From Candidatus Zixiibacteriota bacterium (GTDB lineage: Bacteria > Zixibacteria > MSB-5A5 > GN15 > FEB-12): a DNA stretch of 64,000 nucleotides. The DNA lies in assembly GCA_022571845.1 (NCBI GenBank), contig JACZXB010000012.1, positions 127 to 64,126 of the forward strand, written 5' to 3'. Made by a program: the position numbers and the translations under genes. Shown piece after piece: positions 56,254 to 64,000 of this stretch. Below the pieces are notes generated by a model that saw only the letters and a program-made list of their open reading frames with translations, made no database searches and was not told the origin of the DNA. How positions within the stretch are numbered: position 1 is the first letter of the stretch; every line of letters starts with the position of its first letter.

Positions 56254-57551
56254 AATTTGTCTACCCGGTACTCTATAAAAGTCTTTTCTTTTATTTTTTG
56301 AATGGATTTGTCCACCATCCGGCCGGTCTTATCCTGACGGGCGAGTTCTTTGATCTTGTCGAAATCTTTTTCCAAAGTATACTGTTTTTCGTCTTGATAT
56401 TCCAGGAGCTTAATAATATGTAATCCGAACTGCGAACTAACAGGCCCCATGATTTCTCCGGCCGTGGTTAGACCAGCCAGTTCACGAGCAAATTCCTGTG
56501 GAAGTTTATCAGAGGCAAACCAGCCAAGCTCTCCGCCGCGGACACGGGTGTCATTGTCAATTGAAAATATCTTGGCCAGTTCTTCGAATTTTCCGCCGCT
56601 TGAAAGTTCTCTTAGAAGCGAATCTGCCAGTTGAAAGGAGCGCACCGAATCGTCGGCTGATGGTGTCACTCCTAAAAGAATATGGCGGAGTTTCATCTTA
56701 TCGGCATTTCTGTCTTCAGCTTTTATTACGTGATATCCAAATTGAGTTCTTATGACACCGGAAATATCACCGGGCAGGAGATTAAAGGCGGCACGTGCAA
56801 ACTCTTCGACGACATCGGACTTTGATACATAGCCGAGGTCTCCGCCATTGGCACCCGCTCCGAAGCTGGAGTACTGAGCGGAAAGAGCAGAAAAATCTGC
56901 GCCATCAAGAACTCTTCGACGAAGCTCTTCGGCCATTGCTTTTACAGAGTCTTCGACTTCCTGTGATGCCTGTACCGGAATAAGGATATGTGCTAATTTT
57001 AATGCTTCGGGCTGTATAGGTATTGAATCCTTAAACTGTTTGTAAAACTCTTCAACTTCGTGGCGCGAAACAGAAACACCATAGAGCTGTTTTTGAATAA
57101 AGCGTTGTTTTAGAAGCTGGTTTTCTACCTCACTACGAAACTTTTTTCTTAACTCACGGATAGTGAGACCTTCTGCATCAAGCGCCTGCTCAAAGGCCTG
57201 TTGCGACTCAAAATTTCCTTGCATGCGGGCGAGCTGGTCATCAAGCGCCCGTTCGACATCGGCAGCCCTGATACTGATGGTTGAATCATCTTTGGCCGCT
57301 ATTAAAAAGAGCCGGTCAGATATCATCCCCTCCAGAGCCTGGTCTCTGAGTTTTTCCATCTCGGCGCTTGTTTTTGGCTGATAACCGGGCTGAAGCGCGG
57401 CAAGCTGAATCTGGCTGGCAAGTTCTGAAGCAAGAATAATTTCATTGCCCACTACCGCTACTACCCGATCTATAACATCTCTTTGGGCCTTGACGCCAGA
57501 TTGTGCGAAAATGGCAATAACTATGAAAGAAATAATAATTTTCAATTGCAT
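56250..57551 (-). CDS. SurA-like periplasmic chaperone / parvulin peptidyl-prolyl isomerase
   Basis: Signal peptide and two parvulin domains (FGYHVIKAEDR, FGLHIIKLLE). Confidence 0.85.
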   Translation of the reverse strand: MQLKIIISFIVIAIFAQSGVKAQRDVIDRVVAVVGNEIILASELASQIQLAALQPGYQPKTSAEMEKLRDQALEGMISDRLFLIAAKDDSTISIRAADVERALDDQLARMQGNFESQQAFEQALDAEGLTIRELRKKFRSEVENQLLKQRFIQKQLYGVSVSRHEVEEFYKQFKDSIPIQPEALKLAHILIPVQASQEVEDSVKAMAEELRRRVLDGADFSALSAQYSSFGAGANGGDLGYVSKSDVVEEFARAAFNLLPGDISGVIRTQFGYHVIKAEDRNADKMKLRHILLGVTPSADDSVRSFQLADSLLRELSSGGKFEELAKIFSIDNDTRVRGGELGWFASDKLPQEFARELAGLTTAGEIMGPVSSQFGLHIIKLLEYQDEKQYTLEKDFDKIKELARQDKTGRMVDKSIQKIKEKTFIEYRVDKL

Positions 57552-57561
57552 AGAAAAGAAA

Positions 57562-59289
57562 CTACCCTTCGCTTTCTACTCCGTTTAGCGCCGAGTATTT
57601 CGATTTGTCAATAGTAGTCCAGAGTTCATCCGGCATTAGTTCAATCTTGGTTTTACTTTTTTCCAGCGCTACCCAATTGGCAAAAGCATTTTCCAAGCCG
57701 TTCCTGGTCAGCTTATTCAATATTTCCCTTTTGACTGTTAGAAAGTCTTTGATCTGCTCCGGCAATTTGTCAGCCACCCAGATCACAGAATATTTTCCCC
57801 TGGTCGGGACAGGTCCGGCGATATTTCCTGCCGGGGTTTTCTTGGCCAGAGCAAATATCTCAGGATACCATTTCTCCTCTATGTACTGCAAGTCCCCGCC
57901 AACCGATCTCTTACCGGGTCGCTCTGTTAACTCTCCTGCCTGCTCTTTGAAATCTCTAAGTGACCTGATTGAGTTTCTTAGCTGCCGCGCTTTTAATTCA
58001 TCATTCAAATAGATTTCATAAACGTGAATTTTCATTGGCTGCGTGAACTCTTCGGGGCTCTCCATATAGTAATTACGGGCGTCTTCCTCGGTTGGAGGGC
58101 TGGGCCTGGAAATAGAGTCAGTACGCATAATATCAGCCATATTCAGTTCCTTGAATTTGGCCATTTTATTCTTAAAGTATTCCTCTTCATCCAAACCGAG
58201 CTTAGTAGCTTCCAGCGAAAGAATTTCGTTCGTCTTCAATCTAAAAACGAAAGCCTTAAGAGAATCATAGGCATCAAAATTTGGCCTGCTTATCCGCGGA
58301 TAACGTTGGATCAAAGACAGGTACTCAAGCAATGTGATTTGCCCGCCTTCCCAGCTTGCCAGGACTAATTCTTTTTCGTTTCGGTCAAGTTGTTCTAAGG
58401 CGAAATCATTTTTGGGCAATGTCGAGAGAATGTTTGGCGGGTACAATTCTCTTCTCTTATAAAGAAGATAGTCACAGGTTGCAGTATCAATAGTAACCTT
58501 GTAAGCAACCTGAATTGAATCAAGAAATTTGAAAAGGATTTCCCGCCTGTTCAAGCCTGTAAGCTGAATTTCAAGTCTGTTTTTAACTTCGTCAAACTCG
58601 CGTCGCAAATCATTAGGAACTTTGTCAACTAGTTTAATAATGTGATAGCCAAACCGAGATTTTACCGGTTGTGAGACCTCTCCGGGCTCCATTGCAAAAG
58701 CGGTGGTTTGGAATTCCTCTACCATTGCCCCCCACAGAAAATACCCGAGGTCTCCACGATTTTTCTTTGCCGAGGGGTCGATGGAGTAGTCATAGGCAAG
58801 TTTTTCAAAATTTTCCCCCGTTTTCACCCTTTCAAATATCGCCTGGGCGGTGTCAGCATCTTTTAACAATATGTGAGAAGCCCGAATTTGAAATTCTAAT
58901 TTGTTATAGAAATCTTTAATCTCTGCATCAGATGGCTCAGACTTTTTGACAACGAGATTCTCATAAAGAGCATCCAGCAAGAACTGATTGCGGTTGGCCA
59001 AAACTATTCTGGCCAGTTCTTCAAGTTTATCTATGTTTTTCTCATAGGCAGAATTTATTAGTAGTCTGGTTATAACCATGGAGTCCAGAAGCCCTTTTTT
59101 CCCTTCAAACTCTTCCTCTGCTGTCGCATATTGGGTACGAAGGTTGCCATAGACTAAGTTGAAATCTTCTAAGGTTATATTCTGGTCTCCAACAACTGCC
59201 AGAGTAGGACTATCTGCGCTGCCACAGCCGACCAACAGGGGCAAAATAAACATTATGGCGCCGAGCATTATGTTTAATCGTCTATTCAT
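57562..59289 (-). CDS. PpiD/PrsA-like parvulin peptidyl-prolyl isomerase lipoprotein
   Basis: Lipobox PLLVGC and parvulin motif RASHILL...FGYHIIKLVD. Confidence 0.85.
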   Translation of the reverse strand: MNRRLNIMLGAIMFILPLLVGCGSADSPTLAVVGDQNITLEDFNLVYGNLRTQYATAEEEFEGKKGLLDSMVITRLLINSAYEKNIDKLEELARIVLANRNQFLLDALYENLVVKKSEPSDAEIKDFYNKLEFQIRASHILLKDADTAQAIFERVKTGENFEKLAYDYSIDPSAKKNRGDLGYFLWGAMVEEFQTTAFAMEPGEVSQPVKSRFGYHIIKLVDKVPNDLRREFDEVKNRLEIQLTGLNRREILFKFLDSIQVAYKVTIDTATCDYLLYKRRELYPPNILSTLPKNDFALEQLDRNEKELVLASWEGGQITLLEYLSLIQRYPRISRPNFDAYDSLKAFVFRLKTNEILSLEATKLGLDEEEYFKNKMAKFKELNMADIMRTDSISRPSPPTEEDARNYYMESPEEFTQPMKIHVYEIYLNDELKARQLRNSIRSLRDFKEQAGELTERPGKRSVGGDLQYIEEKWYPEIFALAKKTPAGNIAGPVPTRGKYSVIWVADKLPEQIKDFLTVKREILNKLTRNGLENAFANWVALEKSKTKIELMPDELWTTIDKSKYSALNGVESEG

Positions 59290-59437
59290 CTTAGTCTTAT
59301 GTCCTCCAATTCAAACTCCTTTTACCCTCAAATAGTGAAACAAGTTCCCGCCGAAGCGGATTATTGAAGATAGTCAGTAATTGCGATTCCTGCAAGTAGA
59401 GCGCTTAGAGATCGGCTGGGAATGGTCCAGTTTGCTC

Positions 59438-60409
59438 TTACTCGAAATCTGACTCCAAATAGTCTTTGGTTACAGACTGTCGAGACAATGTCTGAGAGAG
59501 TTTTTTGGTAAATTCCAAAGCAGCATTTTCGCCGTAGACTTTCTGCATATGGTTCATTGCTATAACCTCAGAGATTACGGTTATATTTTTCCCCGGTGAA
59601 ATCGGCACTCTTACAATGGGTATTTCGACTCCCAGTACTTTGGTTTTTTTATCTTCCAGTCCCAGTCTTTCATATTCCTCGGTTTCTGACCAGAGTGTAA
59701 GGTTTACCTCTACCTCAATTCTCTTTTGCAGTCGAATAGCTCTTATCCCGAATAGTTCTTCTATATCTATGATTCCAATTCCACGGATTTCCATATGATG
59801 TCCCAGCAGCTCAGAGCTGTTTCCCAAGAGGACATCGGGTGCAGCCCGGGTAATTTTGACGACATCGTCAGCTACCAGACGGTGCCCTCGCTCTACCAGA
59901 TCAAGGGCAATTTCTGATTTACCAATTCCCGATTTGCCGGTATACAGTAGTCCCACCCCGTAGACGTCCATCAAAGAACCATGTACCATTATTGATGGCG
60001 CAAATAGATGATCCAGGTAGGCCGAGAGTTTGGTTGTCAATTCTGCTGTAGTAAGTTTGCTTGAAAATACACAGGTCCCTGATAAATCAGCCGCTTCGAT
60101 AAAACCTGCCGGCGGGGCTATACCCTTAGTGATGATTACCAGCGGCAGTCCATAATCGAACATCTTCCTGGATATTTTTTTTAGGCGATCTTCGGATAGC
60201 TGGCTCAAATATGTCGCCTCTGTTTCCCCCAATATCTGGACTCTTTTGCTGGCGAATCTTTCATAAAAACCGGTCAGAGCAAGTCCTGGCCGGTGAAGCT
60301 CAGGATTATTAATTATCTTTTTCAGACCATCGCTGTTGGTGGTCAGCAAAGTCAGGTCCAAATCCTGTTTTCTGGATTCGGTAAGTTTTTCAACAGTAAT
60401 ATCTGCCAT
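59438..60409 (-). CDS. hprK: HPr kinase/phosphorylase
   Basis: P-loop GKSGIGKSE. HprK signature LVADDVV...HHMEIRGIGIIDI. Confidence 0.93.
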   Translation of the reverse strand: MADITVEKLTESRKQDLDLTLLTTNSDGLKKIINNPELHRPGLALTGFYERFASKRVQILGETEATYLSQLSEDRLKKISRKMFDYGLPLVIITKGIAPPAGFIEAADLSGTCVFSSKLTTAELTTKLSAYLDHLFAPSIMVHGSLMDVYGVGLLYTGKSGIGKSEIALDLVERGHRLVADDVVKITRAAPDVLLGNSSELLGHHMEIRGIGIIDIEELFGIRAIRLQKRIEVEVNLTLWSETEEYERLGLEDKKTKVLGVEIPIVRVPISPGKNITVISEVIAMNHMQKVYGENAALEFTKKLSQTLSRQSVTKDYLESDFE

Positions 60410-60462
60410 GACTCTTTAGAATAAGCCCTTAAAAGCCTGTTTGCAATATTGAAATCTCTATG

Positions 60463-60490
60463 AAAAAAGCCCTGATATGACAGGGCTTTT
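60463..60490 (-). terminator. rho-independent terminator after the PDZ gene
   Basis: 10-bp stem aaaagccctg/cagggctttt with a 6-nt loop. On the minus strand it is followed by a T-run. Confidence 0.7.
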
Positions 60491-60517
60491 GACTGACCAA
60501 AAAGAAATCTCCGATTG

Positions 60518-61615
60518 CTAATCTAATTTCTTTCCAATTTCCTTTAGCTCTTTTCTGAGCTTATCAAGTTCGGCCTTAAGCTCTCTTCTATCCTCTTTTT
60601 CCAGACGCTCAAATTTCCAGTTAAGGTCTTTCATCTCTTTTTTGAATTCTGCCATATCTTCTTTGAATTCGCTCATATCTTCTAAGAACTCATCGTAATC
60701 AAAATAACTATTGTCGTCTCTATTGAAGCGGTTAAATCTGCCTCCCGCTCTCGGCACATAAATGTCAATATCAGGAATAGGTGGTATGTCCGGAATGATT
60801 GCTATATCTGGACCGGTAAAGAAACGGTATCCAAAGGAGCTATCGTCCGATTCAGCGACTTCGACTTCGATTTTCTGCTGTCTTTTATTTCTGAGAATTG
60901 TGAAAGTAAGCTTGTCACCCTTGTCGCTCTCTGCTACAATCTCTTTGACATCCGAATAGTCAGAAATTTCTTCGTCTTCAATGGCAACGATGACATCGCC
61001 TGCTTTGAGTCCTGCTTCTTTGGCCGGGGAGTCTTCTGTGACTTCAGTAATCAGCACACCTTTGTTGCCCTTGACTCCAAAATAGTCTGCTAATTGCTCA
61101 GATAGAGTGGTAAGGCTCACTCCAACATAGCCGCTGCTAAATCCAAATTGATAGACTTTGCCGCGATCGGGAGCGAACCGGAAGCTATTTCCATGACGGC
61201 GCTTGGTTCCCGAAGAGAAGAAACCCCTTGAACGTGGGCGTTTACCCAGCTCTACATTAACTGTTACACTTTTGCCATCTCTGATAAGCTCAAGCGCGAC
61301 TGATTCTCCCGCTTTTTTATCTTCTATAAAATCCAGCAGATCATCCTGGTCCCATACTTTCTGACCATCAAAACTGATAATGACATCACCATCGTTTATT
61401 CCTGCCTCATCTGCCGGGGAATCTCCAAGAACCTCGTTTACGATAGCGCCATAATCAATATCCAGCTCAAAAGCGTCGGAAATATCCCTGTCTACTGTCT
61501 GCGTATATACTCCAAGCCAGGCGTTTGACCTTTTAGCGGGTTTGGCACTCAAGGGAGCCGCTGCTAAGCCCATGAGTAAGGCAGCTGTAATTGCTGTCGT
61601 AAATAGCCTTTTCAT
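60518..61615 (-). CDS. secreted double-PDZ protein with a C-terminal coiled coil
   Basis: Signal peptide MKRLFTTAITAALLMGLAAAPLSA. Two PDZ motifs (SPADEAGINDGDVII, SPAKEAGLKAGDVIV). Charged heptad tail. The track start is 61651. Confidence 0.8.
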   Translation of the reverse strand: MKRLFTTAITAALLMGLAAAPLSAKPAKRSNAWLGVYTQTVDRDISDAFELDIDYGAIVNEVLGDSPADEAGINDGDVIISFDGQKVWDQDDLLDFIEDKKAGESVALELIRDGKSVTVNVELGKRPRSRGFFSSGTKRRHGNSFRFAPDRGKVYQFGFSSGYVGVSLTTLSEQLADYFGVKGNKGVLITEVTEDSPAKEAGLKAGDVIVAIEDEEISDYSDVKEIVAESDKGDKLTFTILRNKRQQKIEVEVAESDDSSFGYRFFTGPDIAIIPDIPPIPDIDIYVPRAGGRFNRFNRDDNSYFDYDEFLEDMSEFKEDMAEFKKEMKDLNWKFERLEKEDRRELKAELDKLRKELKEIGKKLD

Positions 61616-61797
61616 TACAATCCTCCTGCATCTTATCTTTATAGATTTCATTTTCTGATATCAGTTTATACGGGAGGATATAATGGATGTTCCATTTAAT
61701 AAAGTTGGACAAGCCGGACCCGCTTCAGAGACAGATAATTGACTCAGGTCATGCTAATTCTAGAGTCTTAAGAATATCCAAGGATTGCGGTTTTGTT

Positions 61798-62616
61798 TCA
61801 TTTGCATAGAGGACAACTACTACGTTTGCACTCATCCCAACAGGCCCCATAGCAGTTACTAAAATTCTCACATCCTCCACACATTTCACATTCCTCATAA
61901 ATGTGGCAACTCTTTGGCCTGGTTCCCACTTTCTTTTTTGCCTTTTTTTCCTTCTCTTTCTGTCGTTCCTTATTAATATCAAATACACGTATAATCTGAA
62001 CCCTATACATATTATCCCATCGCCTAAAAGTGATACCAATGAATTGATCATCAACTTTCCAATGATGGGTTATAATTAAGCCTCCTTTTCCATCTCTTTT
62101 GACATCAGGACCAGATATTCCATCTGATTTTGAAATTACTCTAAAAACTGAATCAGCGTGAAGACCTTTATATATTGTCAGACCTTGAATTTTAAGGCTC
62201 TCAACTTTTTCCCAAAATGATCTCCTGAAAGCAAATGATTCCCATTTAGCATCATCATAGGTGTAATCGATCACTGGATCGATTGGTCCAACTGTAATTT
62301 GAGCGATTCTATTAGAAAGCGAAGGTTTTCCAAAAACTGAAATTTCGTATTTATTAATATCTGAAGTCTCTGCCAGTAACTTGATGGAATTTACAAATTT
62401 TCTCGTGTCTTTTGGGTTACTCCAAACTTTGTTACTTAGCCAAACGAATGCTTGGCTTGAACCATATGTATCAATAACAATGTTCTCGGATAAATAATGG
62501 GCATTACAAAGCTCCACTAAAGCAGCCTCAAAACTGCTGTTATCTGCTTTAATTAATTGACTAGTAGTGCCAATTACAAGAAACACAATTAATACAATGA
62601 AATTGTATCTGTTCAT
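61798..62616 (-). CDS. secreted protein with a Lys-rich linker and a 9-Cys C-terminal tail, unknown function
   Basis: Signal anchor FIVLIVFLVIG, linker KERQKEKEKKAKKK, tail SCHIYEECEMCGGCENFSNCYGACWDECKRSSCPLCK. The gene is AT-rich. Confidence 0.65.
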   Translation of the reverse strand: MNRYNFIVLIVFLVIGTTSQLIKADNSSFEAALVELCNAHYLSENIVIDTYGSSQAFVWLSNKVWSNPKDTRKFVNSIKLLAETSDINKYEISVFGKPSLSNRIAQITVGPIDPVIDYTYDDAKWESFAFRRSFWEKVESLKIQGLTIYKGLHADSVFRVISKSDGISGPDVKRDGKGGLIITHHWKVDDQFIGITFRRWDNMYRVQIIRVFDINKERQKEKEKKAKKKVGTRPKSCHIYEECEMCGGCENFSNCYGACWDECKRSSCPLCK

Positions 62617-62869
62617 AAGATTCTCCCCTGTAAGCGCTAAGAATTATGGATTAAGATGATTATGACCAGTACGAAAATCAAGCTAAATAGTCAAGAATTT
62701 GGCTTTCGAGGCATACCGAATTGCCTGCAATACGTTGCCTTGTAGAATTTGGCGCAACTGCACAATCAGCTATTGAATTTACTTTGGATTCGAATCGCTT
62801 AGATTTCGCTGACACTTAGCCGAAAGAGGCAAATATATTTGCCCGGCATGGGGTTAAGAAATTTAACAC

Positions 62870-62926
62870 TCCCCTGTAGCTCTGTTGGTAGAGTCCCGCT
62901 ATGGTGGCATTAATCAGCGGGTCGTA
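62870..62926 (+). pseudogene. tRNA-Asn 5'-half remnant (no T-arm or 3' acceptor strand)
   Basis: tcccctgtagctctgttggtagag matches the acceptor and D arm of the intact gene. It is then followed by a disrupted anticodon region and unrelated sequence. Confidence 0.7.
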
Positions 62927-62965
62927 ATGATCCACTATTTATACTTTCCAATCTCTTAAATTTCG

Positions 62966-62993
62966 TTGACATTTAACCGAAAGAAGCTAATAT
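62966..62993 (+). promoter_or_regulatory. sigma70-type promoter of tRNA-Asn
   Basis: TTGACA (62966-62971), 16-nt spacer, TAATAT (62988-62993). About 33 nt upstream of the tRNA 5' end. Confidence 0.5.
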
Positions 62994-63026
62994 ATTTGCC
63001 CTGCATTGGGTTAAGAAATTTGACAC

Positions 63027-63099
63027 TCCCCTGTAGCTCAGTTGGTAGAGCAATTGACTGTTAATCAATGGGTCGTAGGTTCGAGTCCTACCGGGGGAG
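63027..63099 (+). tRNA. tRNA-Asn (anticodon GTT)
   Basis: Manual fold: acceptor TCCCCTG/CGGGGGA, D arm GCTC..GAGC, anticodon stem ATTGA/TCAAT with loop CTGTTAA, T arm GTAGG-TTCGAGT-CCTAC. No encoded CCA. Confidence 0.9.
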
Positions 63100-64000
63100 C
63101 ATAACTTGCATTTGTATCCCTTCAACGATGTGGTTGAAGGGTTTTCTATATGTGGGACATAGGGTTCTGTCGTTTAGAGTACAGTTCGATAGTAAAGACT
63201 TTATGAGATCGCGCTTTTCACTTGAGTTTTGTTTAACATAAAGAGAGTGAGCGTTTTGCGCCAGTTCTACAATTTCCATGCCCTCTTCGACATAATCTCT
63301 GCTATTTGTATCAAGACTTTCAATTCGGTCGCTAATTGTATCCTGTTCTGCTCGCCATCGCTTAGACAATTCAATCCAATACTTTTCGTCAATTATGCCA
63401 TCCAGCCTATCTTCATATGCCTTATCTAAGCGTATTTGATGTGAATTATACAGGCGTTTCAGACGCATTAGCTCCGTTTGACGGTACAACCCTTCATTTC
63501 GGCTACTCTCTTTGAGAGCCGTGACTATCCAATCGGCTGCTTCGTCGTCAAGCTGCATCCCTTTGAGCTTCTCTGCAAACAAAGTGTCTATTATATCTTC
63601 CCTCACATACGGCTGTTCACACTTGCCACGTCCGCTAGTGCAGTGGTAGCAAATGTACTTCTCTTTCTTAATTTCAGCTGTTATTTGACACCCACAACGT
63701 CCGCAAATCAATAACCCAGAAAAGATAAAAGTATCCTTTCGAGTTTTTGGCTTTCCGTCTCTGCGAAGCAGTGATTGTACTTTGTCAAACAATGATCGAC
63801 TAATCAATGGTTGATGGTTGCCGGAGTACCTTTCATTCTTCCAAATGAACTCTCCAAAATAGAAGGGGTTCTTGAGAATCCACTCAACCATGCTTTTGGA
63901 TAATTGCATCCCATTTGTGCTGTTTAGTCCATCCAAATAGATCTTCTTCCTTAACTTACTAAGGGAATAATCGCCGGAAGAATACAGTTCAAATAAGTTT
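63088..64000 (-). CDS. large serine recombinase, C-terminal part (5' end and catalytic domain beyond the right edge)
   Basis: The frame stays open upstream of the track start to base 64000 (..NLFELYSSGDYSLSKLRKKIYLDG..). Recombinase domain ILKNPFYFGEF, Zn ribbon CGRCGCQ...CYHCTSGRGKC, and a coiled coil. The last 12 nt overlap the tRNA 3' end. Confidence 0.85.
   Translation of the reverse strand, partial: NLFELYSSGDYSLSKLRKKIYLDGLNSTNGMQLSKSMVEWILKNPFYFGEFIWKNERYSGNHQPLISRSLFDKVQSLLRRDGKPKTRKDTFIFSGLLICGRCGCQITAEIKKEKYICYHCTSGRGKCEQPYVREDIIDTLFAEKLKGMQLDDEAADWIVTALKESSRNEGLYRQTELMRLKRLYNSHQIRLDKAYEDRLDGIIDEKYWIELSKRWRAEQDTISDRIESLDTNSRDYVEEGMEIVELAQNAHSLYVKQNSSEKRDLIKSLLSNCTLNDRTLCPTYRKPFNHIVEGIQMQVMLPR

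Larger units (their letters stand above)
62798..63077 (+). repeat. ~130-bp direct duplication (period 157 bp) of the tRNA-Asn promoter, leader and 5' half
   Basis: 62798-62926 aligns with 62955-63077 at roughly 80% identity. The copies diverge in the anticodon arm and after gggtcgta. Confidence 0.85.

Noticed and set aside
61749-62054. 101-aa ORF overlapping the 3' part of 61798..62616 on the same strand in another frame
   Set aside because: The longer frame has a signal anchor and a continuous 272-aa product. The alternative frame is a low-complexity Lys/Arg run. It is kept only as a caveat for a possible frameshift.
62870-62926. A second functional tRNA upstream of tRNA-Asn
   Set aside because: It has the acceptor 5' strand and D-arm only. 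The anticodon region is disrupted and there is no T-arm or 3' acceptor strand, so it cannot fold into a cloverleaf.

Overview
This 64-kb window looks like a metagenome-style contig from a diderm (Gram-negative) bacterium. Hand counts give roughly 45-50% G+C. Genes are tightly packed and mostly housekeeping: prfA/prmC/nth, purL, lpxH, the pyrK-pyrD-pyrF operon, cobB, rsgA, secA, nnr, lon, nfo, sppA, SurA/PpiD-type chaperones, hprK and several outer-membrane proteins (OmpA, a patatin-Omp85 fusion, small beta-barrels). I saw no rRNA, CRISPR array or transposase. Five things stand out. (1) Bases 1 to about 1380 are a foreign high-GC block (about 70% GC) with two secreted-protein genes. It abuts a 5'-truncated prfA, so this is probably a chimeric join or a hard horizontal-transfer boundary. 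(2) Nearly every longer intergenic spacer is filled with short palindromic interspersed repeats of several families. Some are nested inside the hairpin loops of others, and one roughly 105-bp cluster sits in frame inside an arsC-type arsenate reductase gene. (3) An AT-rich islet at 49.9-51.6 kb carries a single large gene whose C-terminus looks like the Shedu (SduA/DUF4263, PD-(D/E)xK) anti-phage nuclease. It is fused to about 330 aa that I cannot assign. This is my best candidate for a defence system, and the N-terminal module may be new. (4) An overlapping ChlI/BchI-like AAA+ gene and a CoxE-like vWA gene form a pair of unknown function at 53.3-55.9 kb. (5) At the right edge, tRNA-Asn has an upstream decayed duplicate of its promoter and 5' half. 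Its 3' end is overlapped by a large serine recombinase gene that runs off the window, which probably marks the border of an integrated element. Other oddities are an HTH-fused aconitase-fold protein that lacks the catalytic and cluster residues, an SppA with an extra N-terminal barrel-like domain, and a secreted protein with a 9-Cys tail. All family assignments come from reading motifs by eye. No database search was possible.
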